Positions 1-7,772 of a stretch of DNA of 35,912 nucleotides are shown piece after piece; the first letter of the stretch is position 1, and each line of letters opens with the position of its first letter. Where the stretch lies: the NCBI GenBank assembly GCA_944381475.1, contig CALWLH010000075.1, positions 1 through 35,912 of the forward strand, read 5' to 3'. Made by a program: the position numbers and the translations under genes. The notes beneath the pieces were generated by a model. It did no database searches and was not told the origin of the DNA. It worked only from the letters and a program-made list of their open reading frames with translations. The DNA is from an uncultured Lachnospiraceae bacterium (lineage in GTDB: Bacteria > Bacillota > Clostridia > Lachnospirales > Lachnospiraceae).

Positions 1-1137
1 CGGCGCCGGTCATCACCACGCCTGCCGCCTTAGCCTTCTCCACAATGGCCTTTGCACATCCCTCCATAGCGTCAAAGGAGATAAAGTAACCGCCCTTGGG
101 CTTTGTCCAGGAGCCGATCTCCAGACCTCCCAGCTCCTTTTCCAGAACATCCAGCACCGCCTCAAACTTTGGGCGGAGGATATCCGCATGCTTTTTCATG
201 TGTTCCATCATGCCGTTAAAATCCCCGAAGAATTTTACATGGCGAAGCTGATTCACCTTGTCATGGCCGATGGTCTGAACCATCATCTGCTGCTTCAGAT
301 CCGCAATATTGGCCTTTGAAGTGCCAAGCGCGGCAATACCGGAGCCCGGGAAGGTGACCTTTGATGTGGAACAGAACTTATAAACCATATCCGGATTTCC
401 CGCCTTCACGCACTCGTGAAGAATTTCCCGGATCTCACATACATCATCAAAATATAAGTGATGGATGCTGTAGGCGTTGTCCCAGTAAATACGGAAATCC
501 TTTGCGGCAGGCTTCAGGTTTGCAAAGCGAAGCACCACCTCCTCGGAATATACTACACCCTGAGGATTGGAGTACTTGGGTACACACCAGATACCCTTCA
601 CCAGCTCGTCTGTGGATACCAGCTCCTCTACCAGATCCATATCAGGGCCGTCCTCATTCATGGGGATGTTAATCATTTCAATTCCGAAATATTCTGTAAT
701 GGCAAAATGTCTGTCGTATCCAGGAACGGGACACAGAAATTTTACCGGCTGGTCATATTTGCACCAGGGCTTCTCCCCGCAGACACCATGGGCGTATGCG
801 TGAGAAACAGTGTCAAACATCACATTTAAACTGGAGTTTCCATAGATGATGATATTGTCCACCGGCACCTCTGTCATGGCAGCCAGAAGCTGCTTGGCCT
901 CGATGATACCGTCCAGCACACCGTAATTACGGCAGTCTATATTCTGCACGCCGGTGAGCTTTTCACCGCTGTGAAGAACATCCATCATGCCCATGGATAA
1001 ATCAAGCTGCTCTGCCGAGGGCTTTCCTCTGGACATATCCAGTTTCATCCCTTTGGCCTTTACTTCCTCAAAATAGCCCTCCAGCCTGTTCTTCTCCGCC
1101 AATAGCTCTTCTCTGCTCATTTCCTTGTACGACTTCA
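1..1137 (-). CDS. PLP-dependent aminotransferase (class I/II fold, aspartate-aminotransferase-like); the C-terminus lies beyond the window start
   Basis: Hand-translated from the minus strand (not in the ORF track because it has no stop in the window). ATG at 1135-1137 follows AGGAGG-N6. The protein reads MKSYKEMSREELLAEKNRLEGYFEEVKAKGMKLDMSRGKPSAEQLDLS...FCSTSKVTFPGSGIAALG, with an open frame down to position 1. The fold I class aminotransferase assignment is recalled, not searched. Confidence 0.7.
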
Positions 1138-1286
1138 TGCTGCTCCTCCTAAAAATTTACCCTGAAAGTTCCGCCGCCGGATAGGCGGCATCCATTCAGG
1201 TATGCCAAGTGCGCCCGCCAGACTTTCATGATATGGTGGTATGTCCGGCCACCGGGCGCATGAAGGCTTACTCTTCAACCCGAATT
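1138..1286 (-). promoter_or_regulatory. ~150-nt GC-rich structured 5' leader of the aminotransferase; candidate cis-regulatory RNA of unknown class
   Basis: On the minus strand an 8-bp helix UGCGCCCG/CGGGCGCA encloses interleaved helices GGUGG/CCACC and CCGGAC/GUCUGG (pseudoknot topology). Two further GC hairpins follow (GGCAU/AUGCC and GCCGCC/GGCGGC), then the SD AGGAGG. Confidence 0.3.
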
Positions 1287-1315
1287 ATTGTAAAACCTGA
1301 CGAAAAAAAAAGCAA
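1287..1315 (-). promoter_or_regulatory. Putative sigma-A promoter (TTGCTT-N17-TACAAT) for the aminotransferase
   Basis: Minus-strand -35 TTGCTT at 1310-1315, a 17-nt spacer, -10 TACAAT at 1287-1292. It overlaps the rny terminator hairpin. Confidence 0.35.
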
Positions 1316-1330
1316 GCATAATCTGTCAGG
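1290..1330 (-). terminator. Hairpin terminator downstream of rny (CCUGACAG...CGUCAGG followed by UUUU)
   Basis: Inverted repeat cctgacg (1296-1302) / ctgtcagg (1323-1330) with T-runs on both sides. It may act bidirectionally. Confidence 0.4.
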
Positions 1331-1454
1331 TTTTTAAAATTGCATAGAATATAGGATGTTTTAAAATAAATTTTTATTATTTTAATATATATTTATAGCT
1401 TTTTGTGCAAAGAAAAAGAGGACTGAAGCAGCCCTCTTTGACTAAAAGTATTTC

Positions 1455-2999
1455 TTATTTTGCATATTCCACAGCTCTGGACTCACGGATTACATTAATC
1501 TTAATGTTGCCCGGATATTCCAGCTCTGACTCGATCTGCTTTGCAATATTGCGTGCCATTAGCACCATATCTGCGTCGGATACCTGATCGGGTACAACCA
1601 TGACCCGAACCTCTCGACCTGCCTGAATGGCAAAAGATTTTTCAACACCTTTGTATGAATCTGCTATTTCCTCTAACTGCTTTAGACGTTTCGTGTAGGC
1701 CTCAAGAGTCTCCCGTCTCGCACCGGGTCTCGCTGCAGATATGGTATCTGCTGCCTGAACAATGCATGCGATCAGACTGGTGGGCTCTACATCACCGTGG
1801 TGAGATTCCACGGCGTTAATAACAATGGCTGATTCCTTGTATTTTCTACAAAGCTCGACACCTAACTGGACATGGGAGCCTTCCATCTCGTGGTCAACAG
1901 CCTTGCCGATATCATGCAGCAGGCCTGCCCGCTTTGCGATACGCACATCCAGCCCCAGCTCTGCGGCCAGCAGTCCGGATAAATGCGCCACCTCGATGGA
2001 ATGCTTCAATGCATTCTGACCATAGCTGGTTCTGAAGCGCATACGTCCAAGAAGCTTCACCAGCTCCGGATGAATGCCATGCACGCCAACCTCAATCAGC
2101 GCGGATTCTCCCTCTTCCTTGATGGTAGCCTCAACCTCTCTCTGAGCCTTCTCCACCATCTCCTCAATACGGGCAGGATGGATACGTCCATCCAGAATCA
2201 GCTTCTCCAGAGCAATCCTTGCCACCTCTCGCCTGATAGGGTCGAAGCCGGACAGAATTACCGCCTCCGGAGTATCATCAATAATCAGCTCCACACCCGT
2301 CATGGTCTCTAGTGTACGGATGTTTCTGCCCTCCCGGCCAATGATTCTTCCCTTCATCTCATCATTGGGAAGCTGAACAACAGAAACGGTGGCCTCTGCC
2401 ACATGGTCTGCAGCGCACTTCTGGATGGCTGTAACCACATAATCCCTTGCTCTTCGATTGGCCTCTTCCTTTGCTTTAACGTCTAACTCTTTAATAAGTT
2501 TTGCAGTGTCAAGTTTTACTTCATCTTCAACAGATTTTAATAAGTATTCCTTTGCCTGTTCAGAGGTAAGTCCTGAGATTCTCTCAAGCTCCTTTTGTGC
2601 CTGTGAAACGCATTCGTCGACTTTCTGCCGCCTTTTCTCGAGATCATTTTCACGGTTGGCCAGACTGTTTTCGCGCTTCTCCAAAGCATTCAGCTTGCGT
2701 TCCAGAGACTCTTCCTTGTTTGCAAGGCTCTTCTCAGACCTGGTCAGCTCATTTCTGCGCTCCCGGATCTCTTTATCCGCCTCAGCCTGCTTGCGCATGG
2801 CCTCCTCCTTGGCTTCAAGGAGAGCTTCGCGTTTCTTTGTCTCCGCATCCTGCTCTGCTTTTTGAAGTATCTCCCTGCTTCGTTCTTCTGCGCTTCCCAC
2901 CTTTGCCTCATAGACATTTTTGCGGTATATACCAGAAAGAACCCAGGCAAGGACTGCTCCCAGTATGGCTCCAATGATCCCACCGATTACGTATGGCAT
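1455..2999 (-). CDS. rny: Ribonuclease Y (N-terminal TM helix, coiled coil, KH domain, HD domain)
   Basis: ORF 1455..3035. The likely true start is Met13 ([15 protein letters not shown]...) at 2999, behind GGAGGU-N8. The product has an N-terminal membrane helix, a K/E-rich coiled coil, a KH region ([11 protein letters not shown]) and an HD motif ([17 protein letters not shown]...HDIGK). Assigned by strong family resemblance. Confidence 0.93.
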   Translation of the reverse strand: MPYVIGGIIGAILGAVLAWVLSGIYRKNVYEAKVGSAEERSREILQKAEQDAETKKREALLEAKEEAMRKQAEADKEIRERRNELTRSEKSLANKEESLERKLNALEKRENSLANRENDLEKRRQKVDECVSQAQKELERISGLTSEQAKEYLLKSVEDEVKLDTAKLIKELDVKAKEEANRRARDYVVTAIQKCAADHVAEATVSVVQLPNDEMKGRIIGREGRNIRTLETMTGVELIIDDTPEAVILSGFDPIRREVARIALEKLILDGRIHPARIEEMVEKAQREVEATIKEEGESALIEVGVHGIHPELVKLLGRMRFRTSYGQNALKHSIEVAHLSGLLAAELGLDVRIAKRAGLLHDIGKAVDHEMEGSHVQLGVELCRKYKESAIVINAVESHHGDVEPTSLIACIVQAADTISAARPGARRETLEAYTKRLKQLEEIADSYKGVEKSFAIQAGREVRVMVVPDQVSDADMVLMARNIAKQIESELEYPGNIKINVIRESRAVEYAK

Positions 3000-3050
3000 C
3001 CTGGAGTACCTCCTTATTAAATTGTCATTGTACAAAAATACAACGAGTTT

Positions 3051-3079
3051 ATTCTAAATCCTTTTATGCAAAATGTCAA
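3051..3079 (-). promoter_or_regulatory. Sigma-A promoter for rny (TTGACA-N17-TAGAAT)
   Basis: Minus-strand -35 TTGACA at 3074-3079, a 17-nt spacer, -10 TAGAAT at 3051-3056. It sits about 50 nt upstream of the rny start. Confidence 0.5.
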
Positions 3080-3147
3080 GCAAATTTGAAAATTTTAAGG
3101 CAAAATGAACAAAATACACAGTGAAGTGTGAACGCCTTTGCTCCTGC

Positions 3148-4269
3148 TTATTCCTGCAAAAAGGGCGTTTCTTCCTTTTCTGTCAGAATTTTCGTAAGCT
3201 GTCCAAGCAGTCCTGCCCCCGCACCCACATGAATGCTGCCCACATGCTGACAGATTTTTTCAATGTACTCCAGCTCCTTCAGTCTGTAGAGGGTCTTGTT
3301 CTCCTCCATGAGCTTTGCTGTATTTAACAGGGATCTGGTGGACGCCACTTCTTCTCTTCTGGTGATCACATTGGCCTGGGCTCTTTTTTCTGCAATCAGG
3401 ACTGTATTCATGATGCCGCGGATCTCCCCTGGCAGAATGATATCCTTGATTCCGGCATCCAGAATCTCCACATAGAGCTTGGGCGCCTGTTCGGTAAGCC
3501 GCTCCAGCACATAAGCGCTGATCTGATCCTTATTCTCCAGTAGCTCATCCATGCGATACCGCCCCACATACTCCCGCAGCGCCAGCTGGGCAAGCACATG
3601 CATCTGTTCCTCGTAGTCCTGGATCTGGGTTGCAATCTTCACAAAATCTACAATACGGTAACGGCAGGTAAAATTGATGCGAAGGGACACCTTATCCTGA
3701 GTCAGGATCTCCTGCCCGGTGATATCCATCTGGGTCAGCCTGGCGTCCAGAATACGCGCATCCATTCTCGTATGTCCCTTCCAGAAAAAGTAGATCCCTG
3801 CATCCAATACCCTTACCAGCTTCTGATCAAAAAACAGCAGCGCCTTCTGCCACTCGGAAACCTCCAGCTTACAGCAAAGATCCGAGGGCATAAAATCAAA
3901 CAGATACTTGGGAAAATTCTCCGGAGCCTCGGGACAGCTTACATCCACATCCAGGGCGGTGTGCTCATCCTGTACAGACCAGAACAGGTACGTGCCCGGC
4001 CGAAGGGGTTCTGTAAATCTTCCGTTCACGAAATGCATGGCCAGATGCTCATCACGCACCTGGATGCAGGTGGTCAGTTTTTCCACCTCCGGATCCTGCA
4101 GAAGGGTCTGGAGAGAAACCCTCTGGCTTTCAACGGGGTCAGAAAGATCGGATACCTCCACACTGCGTCCGCCATATGTATAATATTTTCCAGGCTTTAA
4201 AAGCTTTACATACCTTCCGTTGTGGAACAGGAAGCCTCTCTGATTTTCCGAAATGATTACCTTTCTCAT
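3148..4269 (-). CDS. SPFH/band-7 (slipin-like) protein with an unusual ~190-aa N-terminal soluble domain and no N-terminal TM helix
   Basis: ORF 3148..4479. The real start is probably Met71 (MRKVIISENQRGFLFHNGRY) at 4269, behind AGAGGUAG. The C-terminal half is SPFH-like (LRINFTCRYRIVDF...EILDAGIKDIILPGEIRGIMNTVLIAEKRAQANVITRREEVAS). The 70 codons upstream of Met71 are rich in Cys, Trp and Pro and do not look like protein. Confidence 0.75.
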   Translation of the reverse strand: MRKVIISENQRGFLFHNGRYVKLLKPGKYYTYGGRSVEVSDLSDPVESQRVSLQTLLQDPEVEKLTTCIQVRDEHLAMHFVNGRFTEPLRPGTYLFWSVQDEHTALDVDVSCPEAPENFPKYLFDFMPSDLCCKLEVSEWQKALLFFDQKLVRVLDAGIYFFWKGHTRMDARILDARLTQMDITGQEILTQDKVSLRINFTCRYRIVDFVKIATQIQDYEEQMHVLAQLALREYVGRYRMDELLENKDQISAYVLERLTEQAPKLYVEILDAGIKDIILPGEIRGIMNTVLIAEKRAQANVITRREEVASTRSLLNTAKLMEENKTLYRLKELEYIEKICQHVGSIHVGAGAGLLGQLTKILTEKEETPFLQE

Positions 4270-4526
4270 ATCTACCTCTTTTATATCCTTTCCTGAAATG
4301 GGCGGCATCACCAGAGAATACAGCGGCCCGTACATTGAGCAGCAGCCGCCGGGGAGCGGGAAGTACCTTCTGGCGCCCCATGGGCCAGAACAAAGCAGCG
4401 GCCGGATTGCCAGCCACCCTGGCAACTCAGCCTTTAGCTTTCGTTCATACTGCCAAATCCTGTCGGGACAGGGCTGCATTCCCTACCGTGGTGCCTGTTT
4501 TTAAGTCAGACTATAATTGCCTAATA

Positions 4527-4554
4527 ATTTTAAAAGATCCAGAGATTCTTCCAA
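4527..4554 (-). promoter_or_regulatory. Putative promoter of the SPFH gene (TTGGAA-N16-TAAAAT), giving a ~250-nt GC-rich leader
   Basis: Minus-strand -35 TTGGAA at 4549-4554 and -10 TAAAAT at 4527-4532. The transcribed 4270-4520 region contains several GC hairpins, for example UUGCCAG-GGUGG-CUGGCAA. Confidence 0.3.
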
Positions 4555-4573
4555 AACCACTTGGCCGGACTTT

Positions 4574-4598
4574 ATGCCCGGGCAGGATTCGAACCTGC
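4574..4598 (-). other. Orphan tRNA 3' fragment: T-arm (GCAGG-UUCGAAU-CCUGC), 3' acceptor strand CCGGGCA and discriminator U, with no recognisable 5' half
   Basis: The plus strand reads tgcccgg-gcagg-attcgaa-cctgc at 4575-4598. On the minus strand this is a perfect T-loop consensus UUCGAAU with a 5-bp T-stem followed by a 7-nt acceptor strand. The ~50 nt upstream on the minus strand are AT-rich and cannot form D and anticodon arms. Confidence 0.4.
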
Positions 4599-4768
4599 GA
4601 ATTTTTATTCTCCTGTTTTGAAACAGAGATCAGATTTTTAGCCTGACCAGCAATGCAGTCCGCTTAGCATACGCTTTGGTACACCTAGCGCACCGTGGGA
4701 GCTATGAGCTCCGGCACAAAAGCAGCCTGCGGTAAGGAATCTACCATAAAGACCTCCCCTTTTCACGG

Positions 4769-4810
4769 AAAAAAAGCTGCGCACTTGCCAATTTCTGGCA
4801 AACGCACAGC
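4769..4810 (-). terminator. Strong intrinsic terminator directly after the WYL regulator gene (15-bp GC-rich stem followed by UUUUUUU)
   Basis: Minus strand: GCUGUGCGUUUGCCA-GAAAU-UGGCAAGUGCGCAGC followed by UUUUUUU. The hairpin begins at the TAG stop at 4810-4812. Confidence 0.7.
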
Positions 4811-5742
4811 TACTGTTCCAATTTTCTTTGAGCATACAGCCGCTCCCTGATCAGATTTACAAAGGATTCCGGCTCAACCACACGCACCATGGGGCCGAAG
4901 GACAATATGCGGATCACCAGCTCCGTCTCATCGTTATGATCATACAGAAGGGTTACCCGGTAATGCCGCCCATCCAGCTGTTCTGCAGTTTTCTCCAAGT
5001 GGGCAAAATGGAGCAATACCCGCTCCAGGGCATTGCGCTCATCCACAAGCTCCAGCACACATTTGGAATTTCCATAACTAACTGCCTGTGATAAGGACAT
5101 TTTGTAGGTTTGTGCCTGCTCTGTCCCTGGAGCAGCCTCCTGAATCCGTGCCAGGTTCAATGTCATAGTGCCTTTACTCCACTTAACCAAAACCCGGAAT
5201 TTATCGTCCTTCTCAGAATATTCCAGCCGATACGGAAAGCAGCTGTAGCTTTTGATACCCCTTGGTCCCTCATAGAGAATATCTACCGCGCTTCCCTCAT
5301 GGATGGATTTGAGCAGGCGGCGAAATACCTCCTGGTAACGATGATCCCTGTAGGGATCTCCGTCCAGATATTGATCAAAATACACCACATCCTCCGGCAA
5401 AAACAGAGGCTTTACAGCCCTTAGCTCCTCCAGTTCTGAAAGCCTGGTTTCTGTCTCAAAGAGAGCCATTCTGGGATCCTGGGATATGGTTTTTAAAAAC
5501 CGCAGTTCCAGATTGGTATAGGGTCGTTCCTTCTGATGAACAATGGGGGTTTGCAGCTCCCTGTTCATCAGCTGCCACTGCTCACTGGTCAGAGCGGGAA
5601 TGATGGTCAGCGCGCTCTCCCCGTAGGCATGGGCTTTGATTTCCTGCCTCATCCGCTTTTCTGTCAGTTCTCCCTTTGCAGCAAGCTTTAGGAGTATGCT
5701 CACAGTTTTGTAATAAGTGCTGTATATCTCAGAGAACAGCAT
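4810..5742 (-). CDS. WYL-domain transcriptional regulator (WYL core and C-terminal WCX-like domain), second gene of a two-gene operon
   Basis: ORF 4810..5784 opens with a TTG codon. The probable ATG start is Met15 (MLFSEIYSTYY) at 5742, behind AAGGAGAAAGGA. A WYL-like segment is CFPYRLEYSEKDDKFRVLVKW. The C-terminus (RILSFGPMVRVVEPESFVNLIRERL) matches the WCX motif of WYL regulators. Recalled from family knowledge, not searched. Confidence 0.7.
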   Translation of the reverse strand: MLFSEIYSTYYKTVSILLKLAAKGELTEKRMRQEIKAHAYGESALTIIPALTSEQWQLMNRELQTPIVHQKERPYTNLELRFLKTISQDPRMALFETETRLSELEELRAVKPLFLPEDVVYFDQYLDGDPYRDHRYQEVFRRLLKSIHEGSAVDILYEGPRGIKSYSCFPYRLEYSEKDDKFRVLVKWSKGTMTLNLARIQEAAPGTEQAQTYKMSLSQAVSYGNSKCVLELVDERNALERVLLHFAHLEKTAEQLDGRHYRVTLLYDHNDETELVIRILSFGPMVRVVEPESFVNLIRERLYAQRKLEQ

Positions 5743-5817
5743 CTGTTTTCCTTTCTCCTTTACAGGACTGATGATTCTTTTCAAAGCTCCCGTATAGGGG
5801 TTCCTTCTTTTATATCG

Positions 5818-7113
5818 CTATGTATCAACGGAATACATTTCATACATGGCATTTAAATCGTCAAAAAATTTTTTCTCCACCGCAGGATCGGAGATGTGCA
5901 GCTCTAAAATCCGGCAGATAAAACTGCGGATCCAGGGCAGCATTTCCGTGCTGTCATACACATCCGCCGTAAATCGGGCCGTATTTTGGGATAAGCGCTC
6001 CACTTTCCCGCAGCGGCGCTCCCTGAGAAGCCGCTCATAAATATACTGCTCATAGGCCCCAAATCCTACAGTAAACTCCACATGGGTCAGGCTTCCTCCT
6101 GTTCCAAAGGATACTCCCCAGAGATGCTTTCCCATTTCCAGAAGAAGACCCTTCTTTTCTTTAAAATCCGCATCCACCTCTCCCGGCTTCACACTGCGGA
6201 TGTAATCCAGCCTGTAGGATTTCATCTGTTTTTCCAGCACATCCCATCCTACAATATACTGTCTTCCATTTTGGGTGCTGACATACAATTTCAGAGGCGT
6301 GATTACGGTATTCCGCTGGATTTTTGAACGTCTGGTCACCGTCTTCATCGCCGCAAAACGACCTTCGCGGAGGGCCATCAAAAGCTGCAGACATACCTGA
6401 CTGTCCATCGCCTGAGTGATGTAATGATGCTTATATACAAAAACATCCTCCTCCGGCAGCGTGTCCAGCAGAAAGCTCCCGACCACGCCGCAGCTTTCCA
6501 CCTCACTGAAAAAAGCGATCGCATCCCGAAAGGGCAAAAGCGCCGGCCTTGGAGGGCGATGGTACAGCACTCTTCTGCCCTGCTTTTCACTAACCAGAAG
6601 ACCAAGCTGTGTATATTCCTTCAGCTTCTTCCGGATGGTGGACTCGTCCAGCGTTATGGGATTTGCAAAAAATGAATTGTAGTCCTCCATCCGCTCCATG
6701 ATCTCCTGCTGAGTGAGAAGAATATCCGTATCATGCAGGATATCCAGCAGGGTAAAATGTAAAAAAATATCCCCATCCGTAAAGCTTTTTGACTTCCATG
6801 CAGAATACAGGGGATTATGTGCAGAACTCCTGGCGTCGATGGACAGAAAAACCTGCTTTCCCTCCGGTCCGATTCGAAATCCCATATGCTCGCCAAGGTA
6901 ATCCTCAATATGGCGCCGTTCCTCATCGTAAGAACGGATGCTTTTTTCAGAAATCTCACTGCGGGAACGAAAGCCATAGACGTAGAATTCCCGCATATAT
7001 GTCCGAATCCGATCAAAATTTTTGATCAGCTCTGAATATGCCATACGCACCTCTTTTCGTGGGGGAAAATCCGCAGTATCATGGAGCTCAAATACTTTTG
7101 GCTTCGACATCAT
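5818..7113 (-). CDS. WYL-domain transcriptional regulator (N-terminal wHTH-like region, WYL, WCX-like C-terminus), first gene of the operon and near-leaderless
   Basis: Start MMSKPKVF sits at 7113, about 6-7 nt downstream of the predicted transcription start, with no SD. The WYL motif is GRQYIVGWDVLEKQMKSYRLDYIRSV. The C-terminus is LPWIRSFICRILELHISDPAVEKKFFDDL. There is a 75-nt gap to the downstream WYL gene with no terminator. Confidence 0.7.
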   Translation of the reverse strand: MMSKPKVFELHDTADFPPRKEVRMAYSELIKNFDRIRTYMREFYVYGFRSRSEISEKSIRSYDEERRHIEDYLGEHMGFRIGPEGKQVFLSIDARSSAHNPLYSAWKSKSFTDGDIFLHFTLLDILHDTDILLTQQEIMERMEDYNSFFANPITLDESTIRKKLKEYTQLGLLVSEKQGRRVLYHRPPRPALLPFRDAIAFFSEVESCGVVGSFLLDTLPEEDVFVYKHHYITQAMDSQVCLQLLMALREGRFAAMKTVTRRSKIQRNTVITPLKLYVSTQNGRQYIVGWDVLEKQMKSYRLDYIRSVKPGEVDADFKEKKGLLLEMGKHLWGVSFGTGGSLTHVEFTVGFGAYEQYIYERLLRERRCGKVERLSQNTARFTADVYDSTEMLPWIRSFICRILELHISDPAVEKKFFDDLNAMYEMYSVDT

Positions 7114-7125
7114 ATGTATTTAACC

Positions 7126-7154
7126 ATTATAAAAAAGCAGCGGCAAAGTGTCAA
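7126..7154 (-). promoter_or_regulatory. Consensus sigma-A promoter (TTGACA-N17-TATAAT) driving the WYL pair
   Basis: Minus-strand -35 TTGACA at 7149-7154, an exactly 17-nt spacer, -10 TATAAT at 7126-7131. The first ATG lies about 12 nt downstream of the -10. Confidence 0.6.
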
Positions 7155-7155
7155 T

Positions 7156-7180
7156 ACAAAAAGCACTCCATGGGAGTGCC
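7156..7180 (-). terminator. Hairpin terminator (GCACUCC-CAUG-GGAGUGC followed by UUUUUG) abutting the WYL promoter
   Basis: Perfect 7-bp palindrome at 7163-7179, followed on the minus strand by a T-run. Confidence 0.55.
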
Positions 7181-7213
7181 TTGCAAGGCTGCTTACGCAG
7201 CACTTTTAAGCTG

Positions 7214-7259
7214 ACAAAATAAAGGGGCAGCCGTCAAATACGCTTTAGCTGCTGCCCCC
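7214..7259 (-). terminator. Intrinsic terminator after the small acidic protein gene (GGGGGCAGC...GCUGCCCC followed by UUUAUUUUGU)
   Basis: GC stem 7224-7231 / 7251-7258, with a minus-strand T-rich tract at 7214-7223. Confidence 0.7.
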
Positions 7260-7267
7260 TAAAGATC

Positions 7268-7600
7268 TTACTCAATTTTTTCAAGAACCGCATAGCCTCT
7301 GAAGGCACTTCCGTTCACCTTTGCATAGATCGAAACCGTCTCGCCATCATCCGCTTCCTTTACAGGATTTCCATCCTCATCATACATCTCTGAAAGCTGA
7401 ATGATGTAATCCTGAGAATCATCCGCCAGCTTGAAATAATCGCCTACGCTGACCTCACCGTATTTTACGACCCCAGCCAGGCCGCTGGCGCTGCGGCCAA
7501 TAGGAACAAAATACGTTTTATTTATATCCAGCCCGGCAAAGCGCTCATCCTCCTGATGCCCTGCCTTATCTTTCTTTTTAAAAATATCAAAAAAGCCCAT
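7268..7600 (-). CDS. Small acidic hypothetical protein (110 aa)
   Basis: ORF 7268..7654. The start is likely Met19 (MGFFDIFKKKDK) at 7600, behind GGAGG-N7. There is no TM helix or signal peptide and I recognise no family. Confidence 0.55.
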   Translation of the reverse strand: MGFFDIFKKKDKAGHQEDERFAGLDINKTYFVPIGRSASGLAGVVKYGEVSVGDYFKLADDSQDYIIQLSEMYDEDGNPVKEADDGETVSIYAKVNGSAFRGYAVLEKIE

Positions 7601-7725
7601 TTCAATCCTCCATCCATGATCTGTTTGATATCCTATATGCTTCACCCCTTGCAAAGATGTGAAATCAGGATTTCAACATCGTTTCTTATTTTTTTCGCTG
7701 CTATTCAAACCTGCGACTGAAACAC

Positions 7726-7772
7726 ATTATACTACAATTTACACGTAAAAAGTGTGAAAAATGTGTAAAACC
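7726..7772 (-). promoter_or_regulatory. Putative promoter of the acidic-protein gene, with a -10 TATAAT and operator-like repeats
   Basis: Minus-strand TATAAT at 7726-7731. Where a -35 would be, the sequence is tttacacgtaaaaagtgtgaaaaatgtgtaaaacc, containing inverted TTTACAC/GTGTAAA and direct GTGTGAAA/GTGTAAAA repeats. There is no good -35 hexamer. Confidence 0.3.

Noticed and set aside
361-829. Three overlapping plus-strand ORFs (103, 123 and 78 aa) inside the aminotransferase region
   Set aside because: They are antisense to a well-supported minus-strand gene with a good RBS. Their products are low-complexity and rich in Cys/Arg/His, with no RBS.
1138-1330. The aminotransferase leader as a T-box or a known riboswitch
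   Set aside because: It is too short for a T-box (about 150 nt, with no specifier loop or T-box AGGGUGG-ACCGCG sequence on the correct strand). A GGTGGTATGTCCGG resemblance exists only on the wrong strand. I could recall no convincing consensus match.
4270-4479. An N-terminal 70-codon extension of the SPFH ORF (MQPCPDRIWQ...)
   Set aside because: The extension is rich in Cys/Trp/Pro and unlike protein, and there is no RBS at 4479. A good RBS (AGAGGUAG) precedes the internal Met at 4269. So it is treated as a GC-rich 5' leader.
4505-4650. A plus-strand TATAAT at 4511-4516 and a plus-strand hairpin plus T-run near 4605-4645, suggesting a small plus-strand transcript
   Set aside because: No acceptable -35, no extended -10 TG, and the hairpin is weak (5 bp). 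The minus-strand interpretations are better supported.
4560-4800. The region could be a complete tRNA, tmRNA (ssrA), SRP RNA or RNase P RNA
   Set aside because: No acceptor 5' strand complementary to CCGGGCA. No D or anticodon arms. No tmRNA tag reading frame ending in ...AA-stop. No GGGG 5' end pairing. Only weak resemblance to the SRP domain IV motif. What remains is only a T-arm plus acceptor fragment.
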